A DNA stretch of 63,452 nt, the filler included, from Platydemus manokwari (taxonomy: Eukaryota): NCBI GenBank assembly GCA_037951405.1. It is 6 parts of 6 records of this genome, joined end to end, with 100 filler letters (N's around TTAATTAATTAA, not from the genome) between each part and the next. Parts side by side here need not be neighbours in the genome. Positions count along the whole stretch, not along the records: positions 1 to 9,671 come from JBBMOY011220321.1; positions 9,772 to 20,480 come from JBBMOY011111330.1; 4 more parts are not named here. One strand, 5' to 3'. Below, in pieces: positions 1 to 11,323 of the stretch; position 1 is the stretch's first letter, and the number at the start of each line of letters is the position of its first letter. The position numbers and the translations under genes are program-made. Below the pieces are notes generated by a model, which saw nothing but the letters and a program-made list of their open reading frames with translations, was not told the origin of the DNA and ran no database searches.

Positions 1-2927
1 TCATGTTCTTTCTAAACTAGAATTGATTCATAAAAGATATTTCGAATCAATAGATGAGAAATTGTTGAAAAATAATTTTGAGGGAATCACGAGGAATAAT
101 CTACCGAAAATTGATGTTGTTATGTCCGATATAAGACAAGAAGGGATTTCATTGTAATGACTATGTATATGTAGGGCCCGGCCAAAAAATTTCGCCTTTG
201 TCAGTAAGAAACTATTTAAAGATCAAAGTTAAAATTTTCAAGGTAGATCTTTCTTAAGTAAATTTTCTAAATTAGATTTTAATTTAAATAAATCGATTAA
301 AGTTGGTTAAATGATTTACCCTGATATACATAATTTCCTTAATAATCAATAATTTACGTATGCAAATGCTCAGAATAATCTATTTCTTGAATGATGATGT
401 CTGGTCTGTAAAGTACAGCTTTAAATGAAACACGTTTTGTGTTTTTTAAACAAATGAAATAATGGGCTTATAAAGCAAAATAAGTTGTGGGGTGAAAAGC
501 TTTGCATGTTTTTAAAGATTAATAATGAACGTTTTATGCGTCATGCTTTTCTTTATATATTATTATCTTTCTCTTTTTTCTGGTTATTATTGTATATTTA
601 TATGCTATTTTTAGCATCCTATGCTTTATCAATCCATGTCTATTTTTAGATTTCATACATTCTATTTATATCAACATTTATGGTTTTTATTTTTGGGAGC
701 TATCTATTATTATTTTAAGGTATTTCTGTACCCAACGATCTGAATACATTTTACATTCACATATCAATCCTTTGAGTCAGATTGCGTACAATTTATTAAT
801 CAATACTTAAAGCCGATACCAAATGAAATATCATGACACAAATTCATATTTAAATATAATTATATAAACAAATTAACATCTTTTGCTATTAATTTATAAA
901 TTTTTTTCATTTTAAATTTCAAATCCTCTACTACACGAGATCCATTGAATATAACAGTATTATTATCATCATATTATTCACCAATTGAACTCAAGATTAG
1001 GGATTATAAATATATAATTCTTCTTTAAACATGCGTTTGGATACAATTTATCTTCGAGGGAATTCAATCCTATAAGAAAATAATGATGGAATTTATGATT
1101 TATATTCCCTTTCAGAAGTATGAGTCTATTCAAGTTTCATAATAATCGTTCTGTATTACTCGTTTAAATGGGTCTCATTATCAATATATTATCTATCAAC
1201 GCTAATAATGACAAGAAACAATATTATTTCGTAACGATATTTATTTTGGAAAGATAGTAATTCATCCCAACTTAATATCAACAAATTAATAAACTAGACA
1301 TGAATAATTTTAGTACATATTATCTACTTACATTAATAAGTAGTTTATAATTTGCATAAAATATTTATATCTACTCTATCATGTCGAATTTTCAGTAAGC
1401 ACGTACATCAAACTTTCAAGATATTTTGTATGTGATTTAAATATTTAAACAATCACTGTCCAAAGTATTAAACGTTTGCATTTTTAATTAACAATGTAGC
1501 CTTATTAAGTCGAACAGCCATTTTTGATTTATATTTACGATTTATACAAACAACTTGGTCTGGCCTGTCAAAATAGATTGGATAAATATTGAAATCAAGA
1601 TTTTATTGATGGAATTAAATTTTTAATTATCGAATGAATTTTTTGCATTGATTGATTTGAAAAAAAAAATAAATTTCAATGAGCTCATCTACTATTTTCC
1701 ATCGTTCGATTTCAACGAATATAAAATGATCGATATTTCATCGATAATTTGCTGATTCATAAGCTTGCCATCACATTCAGTCAATGCAGCCGGTAAAACT
1801 GTAGCCGATTGAAATTAATCGATGTATTACATCAGGGTCATTTCTATTGAGAGAGATGTTTTTTTTGTACAGAAATAACCAGTTCTTGTATGCACGTGAA
1901 AGTGTGTGAGAAAGCTGACCTGAATCGTATTTTGATGTTTTTATTATTCCAATTAATATTTCATTGAAATCACCAATGATACAGATTGGCCATGTTGAAA
2001 TGTTGGTGTTCATTTTATAACGAGATTGCTCGTTTTTTTCGTGCGATACTGGGGAAAAGTTATTATTAGATTCGATAAGAATTTATCGGAAAAAATGAGG
2101 CGTTGATAGAAGCTATGTAGATGAAGTGTGTTCAATACTCCAATTAGAATACTGGCAAAATAACTGATCAATCGATAATTGGCATCAGATCGTATTATGA
2201 AACACGACTCTGACAGGTTTCAAAGAACACAGAAGTCGTATGAAGGTTGAATGGAAAGACAATGATTGGCGAGATGTAGATCTTTTGAAAACATGAGTCA
2301 TAAATAAAGACATTATTTTCTCATGGAATGTTGATTCCCACGATCATAAATATTATGCAGTTAAAGATGAAATCAATAAACAAGATAAGTTTAATCACAA
2401 TTCAATAAAGTGTATTGGATTGTGTATAATAATAAATCTCGGAATCCGACATTGTTACGTGATGATAGAATGCAAATATATGAGATTTGTTGTTTTTAAT
2501 CGTCTGATAATATTCTTAATAATAATTTAAAAGTGTATTCGGATTTGCTGATCACCCACTTCCCGATTTCAAGAGCGAATACACTAATAGACATGTTTCT
2601 ACTGTCTTCTCATCATTATCTCTAATAATTTGTTCCGTGATTGGTTTATTGTTTGGCTTATTTTGTTTTCCTTGAAAGTAATTTTATAAATGAAGTGAAT
2701 CAGTAAATATAATAAAGATAAATCAATTATTATCTCTTGTAAATAATAAATAAGTTTTTTGAATTTTTTAGAATTAGAATTATGTGATTTACAATAAGGA
2801 CACTTTTTATTGATTATATAGATCAATTAAATATTAAATAATATTTTTCTTTTAATCGATATTTAAATAATTCCGTAATTTTCTAAAAAATCGTAATCAA
2901 TATCATTATCAATATTATCATAAATTA

Positions 2928-3069
2928 NNNNNNNNNNNNNNNNNNNNNNNNNNNNNNNNNNNNNNNNNNNNNNNNNNNNNNNNNNNNNNNNNNNNNNNNN
3001 NNNNNNNNNNNNNNNNNNNNNNNNNNNNNNNNNNNNNNNNNNNNNNNNNNNNNNNNNNNNNNNNNNNNN
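2928..3069. other. Sized assembly gap (142 N, no linker)
   Basis: Run of N. Confidence 0.99.
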
Positions 3070-3156
3070 AACATCTGTATCCTTTATCACCTTTTTATTT
3101 ATTTATTTTGTTTATATTTTTGTCTTTCAAATCATCTTATTTGATAAAATAACCAT

Positions 3157-4437
3157 TTAATTACTCAATATATTTGTTATTCATTTTTATTGCTATTATA
3201 CATATTTTTAACTACCCCGAGTATATTTCATGCATGTCTATTATGGCTTTGTGAGCATGATGTACTTCTCGTTCAATATAAATTCTTTTCAGCTGGTTGG
3301 ATTATTACGAATTGTCTATTGAATTACTTGGTGGTATTGATTCATGTGTTCTTGAAAAATAATACAAGTAATAGCAATAATTTTAAAATATTAATGTATC
3401 AATATCTATAAAAGGAATAAAAATAAATAAAATTAATCAAAAAATTATTAATTATTCAATTTCTTTAATCGGAACACAAAATACCATTAGAGGCAGAAGA
3501 TAGATGGTGACATTTAAAAGACACAGATAATAATAATAGTAATTGTGATGTTTAAAAATTAAATCGGGTTATTTTAAATTTAATTTGTTAAATTAAATTT
3601 AATAATTTAAAATAGATTATTTTTAAATAATTAACAAATATTTAATATTTATATTGCTTAAACAGTTACTGTAACCTCTCAGAATGCTTTTAAAAGTCAT
3701 TTACAAAATTTAAATGTGTTAAAAAAAGTAATTTTTGTATTAAATGGAATTTTTAAAAATAAGAAACCATATTTGTTTAAAAAATATTTAAAATGAAAAT
3801 ATATTTTTTTGCACTTAGTTATGATTTTTGAATATAATCTAAAAAGCGACGAAGTGTTAGCAACTAATATGGCGACCACGCACTTGGATGCGATCCTAGG
3901 TTCACTGTTGCCAGATAAATTCAAATTGGGGGATAACGTCGAACACTTTATTAAAAAGTGTAATCGATTTCGAGGCTGGGAAAATCCTAAAGCAAGTCCA
4001 ATATGCTATTGTATTAGCACGATTGGATGAAGGCTTAGTAGAACAATTTGAGGCGACACACTTAGGAAGACATTTGGCCAAAAGAAATCCTTCGCCCTGG
4101 ATTGGATGGAGGCTCTATGTTTCAGGAGGAAGGGCGGATTCTGATGATGATTTAATTATTCAATATATTTGTTATTCATTTCTCGTTTATTATTACTGCC
4201 TTTCGTTTGGTTGGATTATTACGAATTGTCTGGTGAATTATTGGTGGTATTGATTCATGTCTTCTTGAAAAATAATATAAGTAATATTAATAATTTTAAA
4301 ATATAAATGTGTCAGTACCTATAAAAAGAATAAAAATAAATAAAATTAATCAAAAAATAATTAATTATTCAATTTCTTGATCGGAGCACAAAATACTAAG
4401 AGGCAGAAAATAGTCGATGACATTTAAAAAACACAGA
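3157..4437. repeat. Pair of diverged direct repeats (3157-3527 and 4152-4437)
   Basis: Both share CAATATATTTGTTATTCATTT ... TGGTTGGATTATTACGAATTGTC ... GGTGGTATTGATTCATGT ... AGAGGCAGAA ... TGACATTTAAAA.ACACAGA. The second copy lacks ~80 nt near its start. Confidence 0.9.
3868..4145 (+). mobile_element. Ty3/Gypsy gag N-terminal remnant
   Basis: MATTHLDAILGSLLPDKFKLGDNVEHFIKKCNRF continues after a frameshift as EAGKILKQVQYAIVLARLDEGLVEQFEAT, resembling the P.KF..GD..E.FI..C.RF start of LTR-retrotransposon Gag. Confidence 0.55.
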
Positions 4438-5019
4438 ACGAAGATGGGCAGTAATAATTATTTATGCATATCTGGTAGATGTGACTGGTAATATAAATAG
4501 GGCTGATAAACCCGGAAGAACCGAAAAAATTATTCAGAACACAAGCAAGGTAACTGAAATTCAAATTTATCACAGACTGACGAATCTACAATTTGGTAAT
4601 TTAATTTTTAATTATAATTATAGCATAAAATCAAAATTATAAACATCCGAGTTATAAACAACCTGTAAATTGAAAAGAAACAGTTTTTTGTGAGGATATC
4701 GCCATAACGTAATTCCGTGTTACATTGAATAGAAATAATGACAAATAACACAAGACAATTCCATCATGACATTATAATTCATCTTAAGACCATTCGTTAC
4801 AAGCTTTCTAAAATTAAAGATAATAAGGAATATATGAGATCAACAGTTTATTTGCTGTAATTAAAAATGTTACAAGAAAATGTTACTAGAAACATCGTAG
4901 TTTTTCGTTCATATGATGAATTTATAAAATAAATTGTCTTAATTTTACTTTGAAAGTTTTTTTAATTTTCTAATTTAAATAACTTTTAGATAAATGTATG
5001 TTTATATAATAAATCAATT

Positions 5020-5575
5020 AAAGACCCCACTTGATAAGGAAGAAAACTTTACGAATAACTTGGAGAGAAACTACCGAAAGTATGAATACCTGGCAGTTCA
5101 AATAGCTAGGCAATGCAAAACTTCAGTGAGTATTTATGTGTTAAACGTTGGTTGTTTAGGATCATGGGATCCACAGAATGATGGAATCTTGAGACTAATC
5201 AAGTTAGATAGTAAGAGATCAAATGAGTTCGCTTCAATCCTCGTTTCTACTTCTATTATAGAATCATATAGGCTATATAGGTCTCACATGTCGAGGAGGA
5301 TAGGCTCCCAATGATCAACCGAGTAATTTTTTAACACGCAGTAACACATAAAATTGCGGCTTGTACATACGTAAAATGAATACCAGTATATGTATTTCTA
5401 TTATTTTTGTTATTGTCTGTTTTATAAGGTTTATCTGAGACACAGTCTAGTCTTCTCTACCTTGTTATTGATTTTATATGTGGTAGAGCGCATCTATCTT
5501 GATTGCTAAGATCATCTCATCGTGGAGAAAACCATGTATAAATCGTTTATAGGATATAGAATAAATCTTATTTAA
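5020..5575 (+). mobile_element. 5'-truncated 3' end of an RLE-type non-LTR retrotransposon (NeSL/R5/R2-like): endonuclease C-terminus plus 3' UTR
   Basis: ORF 4994-5314 carries P.D...(R/K)..RKY..L....VGCLGSWDPQND.IL, the tail of the restriction-like endonuclease (K..KY / G.LGSW). It is followed by ~250 nt of UTR-like sequence ending near AATAAA at ~5560. Boundaries approximate. Confidence 0.75.
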
Positions 5576-6612
5576 AATCTTATTACATTTTCATTTTAGA
5601 TGACTATATTCTGTTCATAACTATATTTTATTTTTTAGATTTTAGCCTCGTAATTGATGAAGTACGGGTGATCGCGGAACGAGAAGATGAACACAATGAA
5701 GAAGAACACAATGAACATATTCATGCCTATGAAAATCGACTGCGAATTAGAAAATTTGAACTATAACAACAAGAATTTCTGAATTTGAGAATCAAACAAG
5801 AAATTTTTGTTTTGTAATAAATCTTTACATCTTCAACTAACTGTACGTTATTTCTAAATAAGATAAATTTTCTGTTTCAATACATTAATATATTTAGATA
5901 TGTTTTTTGATGAAAAAATGAAGTTGCCAAAACGCTACGTATTAATACATTTTATTTAAAGAATAAATTTTTTATATCTCATGATTTTCATTTATATTTC
6001 CATAAACGAGAAATATGTTTATCAACAAAAATATCAGTGCAGCTAAAGTTATAAAAGCAACAGTATCAATAATAGCAGCATCAATGGGAGTAGCAGTAAT
6101 GACAATAGTAATAATCTATTGTAAATGTGCATTCATTCACAAAAGAGGAGTAAAAGCAGCAGTAAGAGCAATCAAAATTACCCGTAGAGCATTAGCAACC
6201 ATTAGCAGTAGTAACTTCAGCGCTATTTATATTAATAACCACCTAGTGGGCAAAATTACCACCAATCACATTTAAATTACTTGCTAGGCAATGACAAACT
6301 TGCCAAATTCATTATACAAAGCTATCCATGATTGATTTCAGTAAAGAATCATAATTTACCAAAATAAGGAGACAGATGTTAGAAATAAATTTGGAAAGGA
6401 ATTGTAAGACAGTCACTATTTATTGACAATGGAAAATTCAATGGCTCAATTAAGATTAAATTTTCAAAATTTCAAAAATGAGTTAAAATTTGAAATTTCA
6501 AAAAATTTTAACAATATAAAATCAAAAAATAAATATATTCAAAATAAATAATTAAATTGCTTAAATAATTATAACAGTCTAACAATCTAATTATGACAGT
6601 CAACTGGCATAG

Positions 6613-8950
6613 ATGGAAGAGGATTTGAATAGTACAAGAGTTCCAAAAGACATCCGGAAGAATTCAAGGGATTCTGGTATTTCAGACAAAAATAATTACT
6701 TGAATGTTAAAAATGCTGATAAGGATCTGATTCCAAGAAAAGATTCTGTTAAAAGTAAAGATATCAATAGTCTTATTGATAAAGGTTTTATTATGGTTAG
6801 TAAAAATTGGAAATCATTGAAAACATTTAAAAACGAGCCCAAATATAACTTTGATGTTAATATTCACAAATCGCCTAATATCATTGACTACAAATTTCTT
6901 TTAAAAAATTTATCCAAGACAGAAAAGAAACGAATATTTGACTCTCAATAAATTAAGAAGATAAAGCGAAATATTAAGAATCGTCCGAATTATCAAACTT
7001 TTAATAAGAAAACTAATGATCAAGCTCATTTGATTAATGGAAAATTTATTAATTTGAACTTGAAATAAACTGCAGCTTGTTGATGTTCCGAAAAGTATTA
7101 TAAAGTTCCTTTGGAATTTAACGTCCGAATTATCTGAGATTGTCTTCATCGATAATTCTGAAATCAAATGTAAAAAATCAGAAAAATAATCAGAGATTAA
7201 ATAACCTGACTTTTTGGTAAATTCAAAAATAAAATTCCAACAGGGTAAGTTGGCATATTTTGATCTACTGTCGAATAAAAGGAAACTATTGATGCCCGAG
7301 TTCTAAATAAGCCATTATCTAGAAATCAAACTGCCGACCTCTTTCAAAGATTCCCAAGTGTAGGTGAAATCATCTTTTCGGAATCCAAGGATGTCGTTGA
7401 TAGATCTGTAAGTAATCTTATTGCAAAGCTTAAGGAGACTGAAAAATTTCCAAGGGATATTTTCTATTTAAATGGTGTATTCTATTCCAATTCATCATTA
7501 AATGGATCTCAATATTATATAGTTTCGACATCTTGCTCGGATTTGCACCTTGATTTAGGAGAATTTAGTTTTGCTGATATGGGCAAAGATGATGAAGAGG
7601 TTAGGTCAATACTCGAATCACCTGATAAAGAACATAAATTAGTTAATGTCATATTTCATATGAATTACCTGACTCTAAAAAGGAAAATAATTAAAACACC
7701 CATGGTTGAAAATTTTGCAATAAACTCCCTCAAAATTTGTGCCCTAATTACATCACACAATGATTAATGACTTAATTCTTAATGACCTTGAGTATTAGGA
7801 CAGGTTTATCAGTAGTCATCCAACAGAGGAATCTTCTATTCGAAAAAAATGCACATCGATGTTAACAAAATTAAAATGCTCCGAAACGTCAGAAACTAGA
7901 CATCATTAATGAAACCATCTCATCCGAAATAAAGTCAATTTCCTTTTTATCAACATACGTGTCGCAATTTGAAAAGGTTCACCAATTAGACATTAAAATC
8001 AATATCATTCAACCCAATTAATATGAAATGCGAGGCTATCAATTTGGTAACGAAAATAATTCGAGATAAATATGAATCACCAATGAAAGATAAACAAAAG
8101 TTTTGGAGGTCAAAATCAACTAAAATTGTTTGCAATAGTGAATTGAAATTGGAACGTTTATACAAATGTTTATAGGATTGGAATCATGATACAAAGGAAT
8201 GTAAGGCCGAATGTAAAGCAGAAATACTTCGAGAAAAGATATTTGAACGCCAAGCTGCTCACAATGAACAATGCAATAACTATTTTTGTCAAGACGGAAG
8301 AAAAATCCAAAACCAGTCACATAAATTACACTCCCATTGGAAGGACAGCGTAGTTCCAACAAGGACATCGAGTGAGACCTCTCGAGGAACATGCATCATC
8401 TGTTCAGTTACCATCGACCGTACCTGAACAATATCATACAAAAGAGGCACAGTGCCACATGACGGGCCCGCCCCAACAATATGAATAATAATCAAACCAT
8501 CGGCGACCAATTAGCACAACATGAAACCACGCCAAGTATTTCGGCTAATAAGTCCAACATGACGTTCGGGGAAACAATGAGCGTATTACCAATGTAATTA
8601 AGTAATCCTCAGTCAGGATGACAGGATAAATGGGTGAAACGACCTCAACGATATCTGATTTCGTGAACACAGGAAAAAAACCTCTACAAACAGAAATTCA
8701 CCCAATGGAAGAAATTCCACCACAATATACTGTTGATATAGTTGCACAGTCGCTAACTATCGCAGAGATAATACTGGAAGAATTACGGAAACATGACAAT
8801 CAAACATTACCCATGCATATTGAGATACCCGAACCTTAGATACCCTTAGTCATCATCGAACAAACTACATACATAGAAACCAGAATCGAAGAACTACCGG
8901 CACGGGCATAGAGGAAAACGAAATACCAATAACTATACAACCACATACAA
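6613..8950 (+). pseudogene. Decayed long intronless ORF, probably the 5' part of a retroelement
   Basis: Successive plus-strand open segments (6613-6951; stop-to-stop 7279-7767, 162 codons; 8630-8839) are broken by stops and frameshifts. Cys/His clusters YKCL...KECKAEC...AAH (~8160-8265) and CIIC (~8392) resemble degraded zinc fingers. Confidence 0.4.
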
Positions 8951-9599
8951 GTAGTCAAATCCATAGGAGGATTCTAGTCACATATTCAACATGTTTAATA
9001 AAATTGTGATTAAAATAATACATGACAAGTTCTAATAAACATTTGTTTTAATCGACATAACAAATATTAAATAGTGAATAATGTTCAAATATTGCCTATC
9101 ATATCTTCATAATTTAGATTAATTCGTATTTATAAATGAAATGATATTTTAAAAACGTTTGATTCAAAAACCTTCATTCAAATTTTAAAATGCTTATTTT
9201 CGAAGCTAAAATCAATTGAATCGTAATTGCATTGTTGAATATTATTGGATTGAACAATAGTTTCAGATTTTTGAAACATAGCAAGTACTTATGTTTAACG
9301 CGGTTCTATTAAGAATATTTAGGATTTTCAAGTTATATAATTAAATAAGCAAGTGGAAGTTCCAAATAGCCAAGAATCGTTATTTTCTTACCAATTTCTT
9401 CTAGACTAAATATATTTTTCTGCTTTGTCTCCAAGACCAACTTTACAATTGTTGTAATATTTTTGAGCACGTCAGTAATAATTATGATAAGTTGCTACTT
9501 TACTACGTTTATTTCCATTAAAACAATATAGTAATACGATGTTCAAAAACAATGTTGATGTTTTAATTTTCAAAAATTAGTAGTATATATATATATATA

Positions 9600-9671
9600 C
9601 AGTAAACCCCGCTTATTAGAATCACGGATAATGTTATCAATCGGATATTGTTATCATTTTTGTCAAGGACG
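9600..9671 (+). mobile_element. pogo/Tigger-like DNA transposon terminus, truncated by contig end
   Basis: CAGTAAACCCCGCTTA begins right after a (TA)n run and is followed by a repeated GGATA.TGTTATCA subterminal motif. Confidence 0.6.
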
Positions 9672-9771
9672 NNNNNNNNNNNNNNNNNNNNNNNNNNNNN
9701 NNNNNNNNNNNNNNNTTAATTAATTAANNNNNNNNNNNNNNNNNNNNNNNNNNNNNNNNNNNNNNNNNNNN
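9672..9771. other. Artificial contig spacer N44-TTAATTAATTAA-N44
   Basis: An identical 100-nt structure occurs five times; the 12-mer gives stop codons in all six frames. Confidence 0.97.
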
Positions 9772-9995
9772 ATTGATATTAATCAAGATGATACTAATCG
9801 AGTATTAATATTAAGCGAGATGATACTAATCGAGTATTAATATTAAGCGAGATGATACTAATCGAGTATTGATATTAATCAAGATGATACTAATCGAGTA
9901 TTAATATTAAGCGAGATGATACTAATCGAGTATTAATATTAAGCAAAATTATACTAATCGAGTATTAATATTAAGCAAGATGATATTAAACAAGT
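9772..9995. repeat. 32-bp tandem repeat, 7 copies, truncated by contig start
   Basis: Unit ATT(A/G)ATATTAA(GCG/TCA)AGATGATACTAATCGAGT repeated head to tail with no spacers. Confidence 0.95.
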
Positions 9996-11033
9996 TCGTG
10001 ATCGTAATATTTTTTTCTGTTTCAGAACACTCATTAAACACATTATACTATTTATTCATACCACTAAAACATCTATATTTAAAGTGACAAATAAATAAAA
10101 CTGATCCATATTGAAAAGAAATTATCATTAAAAACAATCAATTGAGATGTCACAGATTGATTATATATTAAAAAATTTTCTTTTCCATTTTTCTTTCACA
10201 GAAATTTATAACGAATCACATAATTGAGTAAGCAAAAATAATTTCAAATTTGTTGCCTATTAATCTTTCTAAATTGGTCATAAAAATTTTAATCTCAGAT
10301 TTCGTTAGCATTCAAAAAGAAAATTTTATTTCATCAGCGCACATATATTGAATGATCAATGTTTATTTTTTAGATTATATTTTTTACAGAAAATAACCAA
10401 AAAAACCCCATAACTTATTCAAAAATTGATAATTATCAAAAATTTGTTGCAGATAAAGTGAACTCGATTTTAGTTGAAAATGAGGTAATTTGAAATTAAT
10501 CTTATCAAAATATCATGGAAATATTGTTTCATTTTACATCATATATACTGGATTGGAATATTTTCTGTAGTAAAAAAGGAAATTGTGTCATGGAAATCCA
10601 AGAAACCCAACTGAAACGATAATCCAATTTAAGATCTTGGTGATGAATTTGAAAATTAAACGAAGTTATAAATAAGACCCTTTAAATCACCGGTCTCCAG
10701 GATTGCGAAGTCACCAGGCAAAGGAGTCGATTAATCAATTCTGGTGTCCAAAAAGCACTTATCCAAGCAAATGATGAATAAATAACAATAGAACTGTAAT
10801 GCAAATCCCCTCCCCATAATATACATAGTAACCGAAATAAAATCTAAATTGCTATATACATTCATCAAGTAATTCCGCAGATTTTTAGGATTTATTAAGG
10901 CTGGAATATTAAAAAAAAGATGGTGATGATATTAATATAAGCGAATGTTACATTTTAGATGATGAAGAGCATTAAATCTTATTATACATTTTTAATTTAA
11001 TTTAATATATTATTCAGACAACTCATAGTTGGA

Positions 11034-11062
11034 GTGCGCCTTATAGTCCGGAAAATACGGTA
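11034..11062 (-). mobile_element. Solo pogo/Tigger-like terminal inverted repeat
   Basis: Minus strand reads TA|CCGTATTTTCCGGACTATAAGGCGCAC, a CCGTA-type Tc1/mariner-superfamily end with TA target. Confidence 0.55.
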
Positions 11063-11323
11063 GTTGTGACCAGAACATTTTCACCTATTTATTATCGAAT
11101 CTTTTATTTTTAGAATACAAATAAGTCACTTTCAATTTAAAAAGCATAAAAATTCTTTCTTCATTTTTAAACAACAACTAAAACATATTAATTATAAACA
11201 TCGTTAATGATGTATATTGTTCTCGTCCAGGTTATGATCCATCTGATTCATAATATTATATTTCGTATTATTATATTATATTGTTAGAGAATAATTATCA
11301 TTGGATTATAAATCAAGATTTAC

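Noticed and set aside
2-157. Open frame at window start (HVLSKLELIHKRYFESID...QEGISL*), perhaps a transposase C-terminus
   Set aside because: Too short and truncated to assign.
2863-3090. ORF spanning N run
   Set aside because: Artefact of translating through a gap.
6015-6275. 86-aa Ala/Ile-rich ORF
   Set aside because: It derives from degenerate GCA/GTA/ATA trinucleotide sequence and has no family motif.
9716-9727. Recurrent palindrome TTAATTAATTAA spaced about every 10 kb as a biological signal
   Set aside because: Always embedded in exactly 44 N on each side; it is a six-frame-stop assembly linker.
9772-9995. 32-bp repeats as a CRISPR array
   Set aside because: No unique spacers, no cas genes, and eukaryotic context.
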